Below are positions 37,881 through 47,561 of a DNA stretch of 64,000 nucleotides, in pieces. Positions within the stretch are counted from its first letter, which is position 1. The number at the start of each line of letters is the position of its first letter. A model generated the notes under the pieces. The model did not search any database. It saw nothing but the letters and a program-made list of their open reading frames with translations, and was not told the DNA's origin. The stretch is from Chloroflexota bacterium (GTDB lineage Bacteria > Chloroflexota > UBA11872): assembly GCA_965220075.1 (NCBI GenBank), contig OZ244806.1, positions 519,009 to 583,008 on the forward strand. Direction: 5' to 3'. The position numbers and the translations under genes are program-made.

Positions 37881-38339
37881 TCAGCTGAGAAGGCGCAGCG
37901 CCTCTTCAGGCGTCAGGCGGCCTATGTTCGTGGTGCTGTAGACCGAGGACATCACGCGGTGCTCCGCGTCCAGAACGAACCCGGTGGCTTGGAAGGCGCG
38001 TTGCTCCTCATACATATAAGCGCCTAGCCGATCCGGCGCGGACGGGTATTCGAGCTCGCAGACCAGCGGCACGTCCAGACGGTGCGCGGCGGCGAACGCC
38101 GCCGTGTCCGCCAGCGAGTCCGTGGAAAGCGCGACCACCTGCGCGCCGATCGCCTCGAAAGCGTCCAGCAGGTAGTTGTAGGCCGCCAACTGGCGGCGGC
38201 AATGGCTTCACCAATGGCCGCGGTAGCAGATCACCACGGCCGGCTTGGGTTCGAGGTCCGCGGGGATCGTTATCACCGATCCATCTGCGCGCCGACCCGT
38301 GATAGCCGGAAACGAATCGCCGGGAACTAGCTGTCCCAT
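37881..38339 (-). CDS. Peroxiredoxin-like (AhpC/TSA-redoxin fold) protein with in-frame TGA in a U-x-x-C motif; candidate selenoprotein
   Basis: Manual minus-strand translation from ATG 38339: MGQLVPGDSFPAITGRRADGSVITIPADLEPKPAVVICYRGHW-TGA(38210..38208)-SHCRRQLAAYNYLLDAFEAIGAQVVALSTDSLADTAAF...LVCELEYP...GRLTPEEALRLLS. The frame is continuous with the listed 102-aa ORF. Its fold layout matches AhpC/TSA (beta-hairpin, VV.FYP-like strand, active site, ...GISTDS...). Confidence 0.6.
38182..38197 (-). promoter_or_regulatory. Hairpin gccgcc-aguu-ggcggc beginning 11 nt after the in-frame UGA; SECIS-like candidate
   Basis: A perfect 6-bp GC stem with a 4-nt loop containing G and U. The spacing equals the canonical 11-nt spacing of bacterial SECIS elements. 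Confidence 0.4.
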
Positions 38340-38486
38340 CGCGCCGCCGCCTTTCTCCCGACTCCCCGCGCCCCACGATCCTGAGCGGCGGGGCGTGACC
38401 GGAAAGTACTTTTCTGTATACGCGGGTTCGTTTGTCAGAATTGCCTACCCTATGACGGTTTGGATTTTCGTCCAAGGAGATTGTGC

Positions 38487-38834
38487 ATGGCAACCCGACC
38501 CCAGCCGACGATCGTTGGCTACCTCAAGCCCGTATGCGGATGGAGCGGCGGCGTCCGGGCGGTGCTGGACAAGTACGGACTGGATTACCAGGACAAGGAC
38601 ATCATCAACAACCGCGCGAACTATGCCGAGATGGTGCGCAAGAGCGGGCAGCCGCTCTCGCCCTGCGTGGTCGTGGACGGGCGCATGCTGGCCGACGTGA
38701 GCGGCGAGGAAGTCGAGGCCTGGCTGGCGGACAAGGGCTACATCGAGAGAAACAACCTGCCCACGCCGGTGCCGATCGACCAGGCATGCGCGGATGAAGC
38801 GTCGACGGTGACGGTCTCCTTCGAGGAGGCATAA
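38487..38834 (+). CDS. Glutaredoxin-family protein with a C-G-W-S (monothiol-type) active site
   Basis: IVGYLKPVCGWSGGVRAVLDKYGLDYQDKDI...GQPLSPCVVVDGRML has the glutaredoxin fold layout. AAGGAG lies 8 nt upstream of ATG 38487. The listed ORF starts earlier at a TTG. Confidence 0.65.
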   Translation: MATRPQPTIVGYLKPVCGWSGGVRAVLDKYGLDYQDKDIINNRANYAEMVRKSGQPLSPCVVVDGRMLADVSGEEVEAWLADKGYIERNNLPTPVPIDQACADEASTVTVSFEEA

Positions 38835-38879
38835 AGGGGCCTGGCTTTCTTGCCGACCCGTCTGTAACTCAGGCGCGAA

Positions 38880-39060
38880 GCCCGCCCCGTACTCGATACG
38901 GGGTCTGGCCTATATCCGTCATCCCGGCGCAAGCCAGGGGTGGGTTTCGGGTCAAGCCGGGAGCCCGGAATGACGGGCCTATACCCGATGCTGGGAGTCC
39001 AGTCCCCGTACGTTACCCCGGCGCAACGCTCACGCCGGGCTCGATACGGGGACTAATCCA
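38880..39060. repeat. Cluster of three imperfect inverted repeats (stem-loops) in the convergent intergenic region
   Basis: Hairpin 1 at 38885..38903 (ccccgta-ctcga-tacgggg). Hairpin 2 at about 38916..38976 (ccgtcatcccgg ... ccggaatgacgg). Hairpin 3 at 39002..39053 (gtccccgta ... nested ccggcg/cgccgg ... ctcga-tacggggac). Hairpins 1 and 3 share ctcgatacgggg. Confidence 0.45.
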
Positions 39061-39101
39061 GCCCAACTCAACCTGTGGCCGCCTGCCCACCGTGTCCCCG
39101 G

Positions 39102-41627
39102 TCAACTCCGCAGCTCAGCCTCGAAGCGCTTGCCCAGCGCGCGCACGATCTGAGCATGCGCTTTGTCGACTTCGTCGTCCGTCAGCGTGCGATCGTGCGA
39201 CCCGTAGCTGATAGCGAAGGCCAGACTGCGCTTGCCGGGCGCGACCTGTGCGCCGCGGAATTCATCGAACAGCCGCAGGTCCTGCACGAGGCCGCGGCCG
39301 CTGCGGCGAATGGTCAGCTCTACCTCCTGGGCGGCTACGTGCTTGCCCACCACGATCGCGAGATCGCGCCGCGCGGGAGGGTACTGGGACCATGGCGCGA
39401 AGGCGCGCGCCGGTTCGCTCAGCGCCAGGATTCGGGGCATGTCCAGCAGCGCCGCCCAGGTGGGCTCGTCCAGATCGAACGCGGCCGCCACAGCCGGATT
39501 GATCTGCCCGTAGGCCGCCACGATCTCATCGTTGAGCGCCACGGCCGCGGCCTGCACGGCCTCGAAGGTGGGGTGCTTCAGCGCGACGTGTCGCAGCGCG
39601 GGCTCGCGCCCATCGCGCGCCTCGGATTGGACGCCGAGCCGGTGCAGGCACTCATCCAGCAGACCCTTTAGCAGCAGCAGATCGACCTCGCGCGTCTCGT
39701 TCCAGCGGCCCGCGCTCACGCGCGCCCCGGCAACCAGCGTCACTTGCCGGCGCTCCTCCGGCAGATCTCCATCGCGCGGCCAGAAGTTCGCCCCATACTC
39801 GAATAGGAGCAGGTCGCGATCGGCGTGTCGTCTGTTCGCCCGCAGCGTCTCCAGCAGGGTGGACAAGGCGGTGAGACGCATCGTGTCCTCGTCCGCGCTC
39901 AAGGGATTCAGCAGCTTCAGCGGTGCGCGATCCAGCGGCAGCAGACGGTCGCGAACCGCGCGCCCCGCCTCGTTCATACCGTCGCGCTCGCTTGCAACGC
40001 CTCCCTGCGGCGCTCCACCGCTGGTTTCGGTGGTTGGAATCAGACGCGCCATTCGGGTCACGCTCGTCATCGCGTACGAAACGCATTCCGTGAATCCGAG
40101 ACTGACCAGGATGTCGCGCACGTCGTCCTCGCGTGGGTTCGACTCCGACGCATACCCCACCGCCGTCCGACCCGCCGGCAGGGTGTCGGGGATGACGTCG
40201 TATCCGATCAGGCGCGCTACGTCCTCGATCACGTCGGCCGGACTACGCACGTCGCGCCGCCAGAAGGGCGGCTGCACCACCAGGCTTTCTCCTTCGTCTG
40301 TGATCTCGAACCCCACCGCCTGCAGGACGCCGCGCACCTGCGCGCGCGGATAGCTCACACCCACGAGCCGCTCGATATCCGCGTAGCCCAGCCTCACCGG
40401 GTCCACGGCCGCCGGACGGGGGTAGGCGTCGCTGGAGAGGAGCTCGCCGCGTCCGGCCCCAATCTCCTCCAAAAGCTGCACGGTGCGCGCCAGCGCCTGG
40501 GTTGTCAGCTCCGGCGGCAGGCCCTTCTCGAAACGGCGTGAGGCCTCGCTGCGCAGCCCCAGGCGCTGCGCGGTGCGGCGGATGCTGTAAGGGTTGAAGG
40601 TGGCGGACTCGAGCAGGACGGTGCGCGTGGCCGGCGTCACCTCGGTCTCCAGGCCGCCCATCACGCCGGCCAGAGCGATGGGGCGCTCCGTGTCGGCGAT
40701 CACCAGCGTGTCGCCGGTCAGCTCGCGCTCCTGCCCGTCCAGGGTTAGCAGCCGTTCGCCCGCCCGGGCCGCTCGGATCACGACTGCGTCTCCGCGCAGC
40801 TTGTCCCAGTCGAAGGCGTGCAGCGGCTGCCCGAGCTCCAGCATCACGTAGTTCGTCACGTCCACGATGCTGTTGATCGGCCGCATGCCGGCCAGCTCCA
40901 GACGCCGCCGCATCCAGGCGGGCGACTCACCCACTTGCACGTCCCGCACGAAAGCGGCCGAATAGCGCGCGCACAGGTCGGGGTCCTCGATCTCGATTGC
41001 CGCCTCGAGCTCCACGACCGACCGCCCGTCGGCCTCCATGGGTCCGGGGACGTGGAGCGGCGCGTCGAACAGGGCTGCCGCCTCGCGCGCTATGCCCACC
41101 ATCGAGAGGGCGTCGGGACGGTTGGCCTTGAGCTCGAACTCGATCACGTTCTCGCCAAGCACGTCCGCCAGTGGGGTTCCCACCGGCGCGTCGGGATCCA
41201 AGACCAGGATTCCCTCATGCGCCTCGCTCAATCCCAGCTCTTTCGGCGAGCAGAGCATCCCCTCCGAGGCCACGCCGCGGATCTTGGCCGGCTTCAGCCG
41301 TTTGCGGGTCGGCTCGGCGGCGTACGCGTCCCACAGCTCCGCGCCGGTATGCGCGAAGGCGATCTTGTCGCCCGCTTTGAAGTTCCACGCCCCGCAGACG
41401 ACCTGCGTCTCGCCGCCGCCCGTGTCGACGACCGGGAGATTCAACCGATCGGCGTTGGGATGCGGATCCACCCTGACTACGCGGCCCACCACGATCCGAT
41501 CCCAGGCCTCGCCGCCGCGATGGACCTTTTCCACCTCGAATCCGGCGTCCGTCAGACGGCGCGCGATCTCGGCGGCGGGGGCCTCCAGCGGCGTCAGCGA
41601 GCGCAACCACTCTACCGGGACACGCAT
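39102..41627 (-). CDS. pheT: Phenylalanine--tRNA ligase beta subunit
   Basis: 841 aa with the N-terminal tRNA-binding domain, B3/B4, B5 and C-terminal FDX-ACB; MRVPVEWLRSL... Confidence 0.95.
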   Translation of the reverse strand: MRVPVEWLRSLTPLEAPAAEIARRLTDAGFEVEKVHRGGEAWDRIVVGRVVRVDPHPNADRLNLPVVDTGGGETQVVCGAWNFKAGDKIAFAHTGAELWDAYAAEPTRKRLKPAKIRGVASEGMLCSPKELGLSEAHEGILVLDPDAPVGTPLADVLGENVIEFELKANRPDALSMVGIAREAAALFDAPLHVPGPMEADGRSVVELEAAIEIEDPDLCARYSAAFVRDVQVGESPAWMRRRLELAGMRPINSIVDVTNYVMLELGQPLHAFDWDKLRGDAVVIRAARAGERLLTLDGQERELTGDTLVIADTERPIALAGVMGGLETEVTPATRTVLLESATFNPYSIRRTAQRLGLRSEASRRFEKGLPPELTTQALARTVQLLEEIGAGRGELLSSDAYPRPAAVDPVRLGYADIERLVGVSYPRAQVRGVLQAVGFEITDEGESLVVQPPFWRRDVRSPADVIEDVARLIGYDVIPDTLPAGRTAVGYASESNPREDDVRDILVSLGFTECVSYAMTSVTRMARLIPTTETSGGAPQGGVASERDGMNEAGRAVRDRLLPLDRAPLKLLNPLSADEDTMRLTALSTLLETLRANRRHADRDLLLFEYGANFWPRDGDLPEERRQVTLVAGARVSAGRWNETREVDLLLLKGLLDECLHRLGVQSEARDGREPALRHVALKHPTFEAVQAAAVALNDEIVAAYGQINPAVAAAFDLDEPTWAALLDMPRILALSEPARAFAPWSQYPPARRDLAIVVGKHVAAQEVELTIRRSGRGLVQDLRLFDEFRGAQVAPGKRSLAFAISYGSHDRTLTDDEVDKAHAQIVRALGKRFEAELRS

Positions 41628-41633
41628 GAGCTC

Positions 41634-42677
41634 CTACCTGAACTGACGCAGCAGTCGCAGGTCGTTGCGATACAGCATGCGCATGTCTGGAATGCCGTAC
41701 TTGAGCATGGCAATGCGCTCGATGCCCGCGCCGAAGGCGAATCCCTGATAGCGGTTAGGGTCGTAGCCGACGTTCCTGAGCACCGTGGGATGCACCATGC
41801 CCGCGCCCAGAATCTCGATCCAGCCATTGCCTCCGCAGACCCGGCAGCCCTCGCCGCCGCAGACGTGGCAGGTCATCTCGGCCTCGGCGCTGGGCTCCGT
41901 GAACGGAAAGTAGCTGGCCCGCAATCGCAAACGGCGTTCCCGTCCAAACATCTCGCGCACGAAGTGCGCCAGCGTGCCGCGCAGGTCGGCCATGGTGATG
42001 TGCTCGTCGATGGCAAGCCCCTCGAACTGCATGAACTCGGCTTCGTGCAGCGCGTCGCGGTCTTCATGGCGGTAGCACTTGCCCGGCATGATTACCCGGA
42101 TTGGCGGCTGCACCTCCTGCATCACCCGTATCTGCACCGGCGACGTGTGGGTGCGCAGAAGCATCTCGCCCGGCCGCCGCTCGTCCTTCACGAACAGCGT
42201 GTCCCACATGTCGCGTGAAGGGTGGTCGGGCGGGATGTTCAAAAGCTCGAAGTTGTAGAGGTCCCATTCGACCTCCGGCCCCTCCACTGCGCGAAACCCC
42301 AGCGGAGCGAAGATGCGGCGAATCTCGCGCACGGTGCGGGTGAGGGGATGCAGCGCCCCCAGGCGCACCGGATACCCCGGCATCGTCACGTCCACCGGCG
42401 GCACCGGTTCCGCGCCGGACCCAAGCCGCGCGGCCTGCGCCTCCAGCGCTTGCGTAAGCGCCGAGCGAGCCGCGTTTCCGACCTTTCCCGCCGACTGGCG
42501 CTCCGCGGGCGGAAGGCCGCCGAGCGAGCGCATCAAACTGTTGAGCTCGCTTCTGCGCCCGAGATGGCGTACGCGCCACGCCTCTAGATCGGATTCCGAG
42601 CTCACGGCGTCAAGCTCGGCGCGCGCAGCCTCTGTGACCTGCTCAATGCGTTCTTTCAACACCACTCGATTCGGCAT
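41634..42677 (-). CDS. pheS: Phenylalanine--tRNA ligase alpha subunit
   Basis: PSRDMWDTLFV...FRPxYFPFTEPSAE...GCGMVHP class II aaRS motifs. Confidence 0.95.
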   Translation of the reverse strand: MPNRVVLKERIEQVTEAARAELDAVSSESDLEAWRVRHLGRRSELNSLMRSLGGLPPAERQSAGKVGNAARSALTQALEAQAARLGSGAEPVPPVDVTMPGYPVRLGALHPLTRTVREIRRIFAPLGFRAVEGPEVEWDLYNFELLNIPPDHPSRDMWDTLFVKDERRPGEMLLRTHTSPVQIRVMQEVQPPIRVIMPGKCYRHEDRDALHEAEFMQFEGLAIDEHITMADLRGTLAHFVREMFGRERRLRLRASYFPFTEPSAEAEMTCHVCGGEGCRVCGGNGWIEILGAGMVHPTVLRNVGYDPNRYQGFAFGAGIERIAMLKYGIPDMRMLYRNDLRLLRQFR

Positions 42678-43449
42678 GGGACGCTTGGGCGCGCTGCCGC
42701 GCCGCCTCGAACAGGATAACGGCGGCCGCCGACGCTGCGTTTAGCGAATCCACCTCAAGGCTCATGGGGATGCGCACCGAATCGTCCGCCAAGCCTCGCA
42801 GCGGAGCGGACACGCCATGCGCCTCCGAGCCGATGATAAGCGCTTGCGGCCCGGTCCAATCGACTTCTGCGTAGTCGTGCGAACCGTCGGCCGCGGCCGC
42901 GTGAATCCGCGCTCCCTCCAGCGCGGCCCGCACGGACTCGGCCGTCGCGGCCGCCCACACGGGAATCTGAAACTGCGCGCCCGCGCCGGCCCGCATCGCT
43001 TTTGGACCAAACGGATCGGCGCCGCCCGTGAGCCAGCACACGTCCGTTGCCGCCGCCGCGGCGGCCGTGCGCACCAGCGCGCCCATGTTGCCCGGGTCCT
43101 GCACCCCATCGATCACCAGCGTCAGGCGCGCCCCACTGCGCGCGGCGGGTTTTGGGATGCTCACTTCCGCCAGAATCCCGGCCGGCGTCTCGGTCTGGGC
43201 CGCGGCCGCCAGCACGGCCCGCGTGCAGGCTGCCACCTCGATCTCACGTTGCCTCGCGCTGCTCGCCAGCCGGCAAATCGTGTCCCCTGCGCCAGCCTCG
43301 AACAGGACGAATGTCACCTCACCATGCGTCAGCGCCGCATCGACCAGACGCAGACCTTCGACAATCGTGCGTCCGCGCTGCCGCCGCGTGCGTGCGTCCG
43401 CCAGCGCGCGTATTGTCCGGATGCGGGGATTGCGGCTGCTCGAGATCAT
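42643..43449 (-). CDS. TrmH/SpoU-family RNA 2'-O-methyltransferase
   Basis: LTLVIDGVQDPGNMGALVRTAAA...LIIGSEAHGVS...SLNAASAAAVILFE. The 3' end overlaps the pheS start. Confidence 0.8.
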   Translation of the reverse strand: MISSSRNPRIRTIRALADARTRRQRGRTIVEGLRLVDAALTHGEVTFVLFEAGAGDTICRLASSARQREIEVAACTRAVLAAAAQTETPAGILAEVSIPKPAARSGARLTLVIDGVQDPGNMGALVRTAAAAAATDVCWLTGGADPFGPKAMRAGAGAQFQIPVWAAATAESVRAALEGARIHAAAADGSHDYAEVDWTGPQALIIGSEAHGVSAPLRGLADDSVRIPMSLEVDSLNAASAAAVILFEAARQRAQASHAESSGVERTH

Positions 43450-43486
43450 GGCCAGTTCACCGCTGCCGGCCTCATTGGCCGCGGAC

Positions 43487-43840
43487 CTAGCTGGCCGCCT
43501 GCGCCTGCCTGACGAGCCCTTCGAAGGCCTGCGGCTGATTTACCGCCAGATCGGCCAGGACTTTTCGATTCACCTGCACGTCGGCCCGGCGCAAGCCGTT
43601 CATCAGGCTGCTGTAGGTGAGGCCCAGCATGCGGGCACGCGCGTTGATACGCGCTATCCACAAACGCCGCATGTCGCGTTTGCGCGTGCGCCTGTGCATG
43701 TAGGCGTAATGCCGCGCCCGCATGAGGTCCTCATGCGCGGCCCGAACCTGACGGCTGCGCGCGCCTCGGTGGCCCTTGACGGCCTTCAGAATGCGGCGGC
43801 GGCGGCGGCGGCTCGCAACGCTTCGCTTTACGCGCGCCAA
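43487..43840 (-). CDS. rplT: 50S ribosomal protein L20
   Basis: MARVKRSVASRRRRRRILKAVKGHRGARS... Confidence 0.9.
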   Translation of the reverse strand: MARVKRSVASRRRRRRILKAVKGHRGARSRQVRAAHEDLMRARHYAYMHRRTRKRDMRRLWIARINARARMLGLTYSSLMNGLRRADVQVNRKVLADLAVNQPQAFEGLVRQAQAAS

Positions 43841-43852
43841 TCCCGCCTCCTG

Positions 43853-44047
43853 CTAGGACGCCAGCAGACGCCGCGCCGTGCGCAACTGACTGCCCGCCAG
43901 TGGCTGCTCATGGCCCTTGGCGCGGCGCGCGCGGGCGCTCTTGCGGCGCCGCGAGCTAGTGGCCGTGCCCTTTGCGGATGTGATCTTGCCGCGCCGCGTC
44001 ATGCGCAGGCGCTTCGCGGCCGCCTTGCGGGTCTTCAGCTTGGGCAT
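43853..44047 (-). CDS. rpmI: 50S ribosomal protein L35
   Basis: Internal start MPKLKTRKAAAKRLRMTRRGKI... Confidence 0.85.
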   Translation of the reverse strand: MPKLKTRKAAAKRLRMTRRGKITSAKGTATSSRRRKSARARRAKGHEQPLAGSQLRTARRLLAS

Positions 44048-44089
44048 TAGAACAAAAAACGCGGCACACGTAGTGTCGCGAGAACTCAC

Positions 44090-45440
<1,351 letters not shown>

Positions 45441-45472
45441 GGACGCTCCACGATGGCGCCGGAGGATTTCAG

Positions 45473-45838
45473 ATGATAAACGGGGTCCATTCGCTGATCT
45501 TCACCAAGGATGCCGAGGCCGCGCGCGCGTTTTTCCGCGACGTGCTCGAGTTCCCGTGGGTGAACGCTGGCGACGGCTGGCTCGTCTTCGCGCTGCCGCC
45601 CATGGAGATCGGCCTGCACCCGGAGGACGGCGACCGCAGCCATGAGATACATCTCCTCTGCGACGACATTCACGCAACCGTGGCGCGGCTCCAGGCCAAG
45701 GGCGTCAAGCTCGTCCAACCCGTCCACGAAGAGGTATGGGGAATCGCCACCGCCATCGAGGTCCCCGGCGGCGCCTGGATCGGCCTCTACCAGCCCAAGC
45801 ACCCACTGGCAATCCAGCCCTCACCGCCGCCCTCCTAG
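45473..45838 (+). CDS. VOC-family (glyoxalase/bleomycin-resistance fold) protein
   Basis: MINGVHSLIFTKDAEAARAFFRDVLEF...HEIHLLCDDIHATVARLQAKGVKL. GGAGG lies 7 nt upstream of the ATG. The 569-aa listed ORF was rejected except for this segment. Confidence 0.7.
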   Translation: MINGVHSLIFTKDAEAARAFFRDVLEFPWVNAGDGWLVFALPPMEIGLHPEDGDRSHEIHLLCDDIHATVARLQAKGVKLVQPVHEEVWGIATAIEVPGGAWIGLYQPKHPLAIQPSPPPS

Positions 45839-46116
45839 CCGCCCATCGGGGCCTACATCCGAACCCGCCGTCCTTCCCGTACCAGCCTCTGGCGCTGCTG
45901 GGATCTCGGTGGGCTCACAGATCGGCCCGCCGACCAGCGCGGGGGGGGCAAAATCTTGACAGTCTGGCGCGCCTCTACTAGCGTTTTGCCGTGGAGCATC
46001 TGGCAAGTGCTCCGTTACCCCCCTAGCCACTTCGCTGGCTGGGATAGAGGCTGCCTGCGGGCGGTCTCTGCCGCTTTAAGGGCTCGATTACAACAATCAA
46101 GCAGCGCACGAATTTA

Positions 46117-46335
46117 GTGACATGTCCGGCCGCCACCATCTACGTGGACGGATTCAACCTCTACTATCGCGCCCTTCTAGACACGCCTTGGCGCTGGCTG
46201 GACCTCCAGGCCCTGGCTGTCCGGCTGCCCGGACTGTATTGGCGCCATTGGCAATCTGTGGGGCCTAAAAAAAATCGAGACCTACCCACGAGCAGCGCGA
46301 TAGACGGCGCGTCACTGAAGTTGTGCCCCGCGTAG
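46117..46335 (+). pseudogene. Remnant of a NYN-domain (LabA/DUF88-like) gene
   Basis: TIYVDGFNLYYRALL matches the NYN N-terminal signature. The ORF ends after 72 aa. The surrounding region has lower GC. Confidence 0.35.
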
Positions 46336-46345
46336 ACTCTACGCG
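46329..46345. promoter_or_regulatory. Perfect palindrome cgcgtaga-c-tctacgcg 40 bp upstream of the ATPase gene
   Basis: 8-bp arms with a 1-nt spacer, seen directly. It may be an operator or a terminator. Confidence 0.3.
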
Positions 46346-46382
46346 CGGGCAGCGGCGTGGTGCCGACACGGAGGGGTGACGG

Positions 46383-47561
46383 ATGCAAATCGAGAGCATC
46401 CAAATCAAGAACTACCGGCTCTTTCGCAGCGTCACCCTGAGTGATCTGCCGCGCATGGCTGTGGTCGTGGGCGCCAACGGGTCAGGCAAATCGACGCTGT
46501 TCGACGTCTTCACCTTCCTCAAGGACGCGCTGACTCAGAACGCCGCCGCGGCGGTGGCCAGGCGCGGCGGATTCCGCGAGTTGGTCAGCCGCGGTGAGCA
46601 GGGTCCAGTCGGAATCACCATCAAGTTTCGCGAGAGCGGCGGGCGGCTGGCGACCTATCTGCTCGATGTTGCCGTAGCGAGCGGGCGCGTGGTCGTGGAC
46701 CGCGAAGTGCTGCGCTACCGCCGAGGCCAGGGAGGCGGTCGGCCCTGGCGCTTCGTGGACTTCTCGCGAGGTGCCGGAACCGCAATCACCAACGAGTCTG
46801 CCTATGGCCAGGAAGGCGTGGACGAGGAGCGCGAGAACTACGAGCTCGACGATCCTAGCGTCCTCGCCATCAAGGGCCTGGGTCAATTCCGCGAGTTCCG
46901 GGTAGTCGCGGAGTTCCGCAACCTGATCGAGAACTGGCACGTCTCAAACTTCCATGTCGCCGACGCCCGGCCTAGCGCCGAGGTCGGCTACGCCGAGCAC
47001 CTTTCCACCCGCGGCGACAACGTCGCGCAGGTTGCTCAGTACCTCTACGAGAACGAGCGCGAGCGCTTCAACCAGGTCCTCGCGGCCATGAGCCGGCGCG
47101 TCCCTGGCGTGAGCGGCGTCGAGGCCAAACCCACCGAGGACGGGCGTCTTGTGCTGCGCTTCCAGGACGGCAGCTTCCGGGACCCGTTCATTGCCCGCTA
47201 CGTCTCGGACGGCACGATCAAGATGTTCGCCTACCTTGTGCTGCTCTACGACCCCAAGCCGCACCCCCTGCTGGCAATCGAGGAGCCGGAGAACCAGCTC
47301 TACCCCGAGTTGCTGCCGGAGTTGGCTGAAGAGTTCCGCGACTACGCGCGGCGCGGCGGCCAGGCGTTCGTTTCGACCCACTCGCCCGACTTCCTGAACG
47401 GAGTGGAGCTCGACGAAATCCTCTACCTGGTCAAGCAGGACGGCTTCACCACCGTGCACCGCGCTCGTGAGAGTGAGTTACTGCGCAATCTGGTGGCAGA
47501 GGGGGACTTGCCAGGCGCGCTGTGGAAGCAGGGGCTGTTCGAAGGCGCGGGGATTCAGTGA
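46383..47561 (+). CDS. AAA_21/ABC-type ATPase, OLD-family N-terminal-domain-like (AbiLi-like)
   Basis: IQIKNYRLFRSVTL...VVVGANGSGKSTLFD (Walker A)...LLAIEEPENQLYPELL (Walker B/D-loop)...STHSPDF (H-loop). No fused nuclease domain. Confidence 0.75.
   Translation: MQIESIQIKNYRLFRSVTLSDLPRMAVVVGANGSGKSTLFDVFTFLKDALTQNAAAAVARRGGFRELVSRGEQGPVGITIKFRESGGRLATYLLDVAVASGRVVVDREVLRYRRGQGGGRPWRFVDFSRGAGTAITNESAYGQEGVDEERENYELDDPSVLAIKGLGQFREFRVVAEFRNLIENWHVSNFHVADARPSAEVGYAEHLSTRGDNVAQVAQYLYENERERFNQVLAAMSRRVPGVSGVEAKPTEDGRLVLRFQDGSFRDPFIARYVSDGTIKMFAYLVLLYDPKPHPLLAIEEPENQLYPELLPELAEEFRDYARRGGQAFVSTHSPDFLNGVELDEILYLVKQDGFTTVHRARESELLRNLVAEGDLPGALWKQGLFEGAGIQ

Noticed and set aside
38835-39101. tRNA or other canonical RNA gene in the structured intergenic region
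   Set aside because: There is no GTTC/TΨC-loop-like block and no D-loop/anticodon geometry. The stems are long inverted repeats more typical of terminators or REP-like elements.
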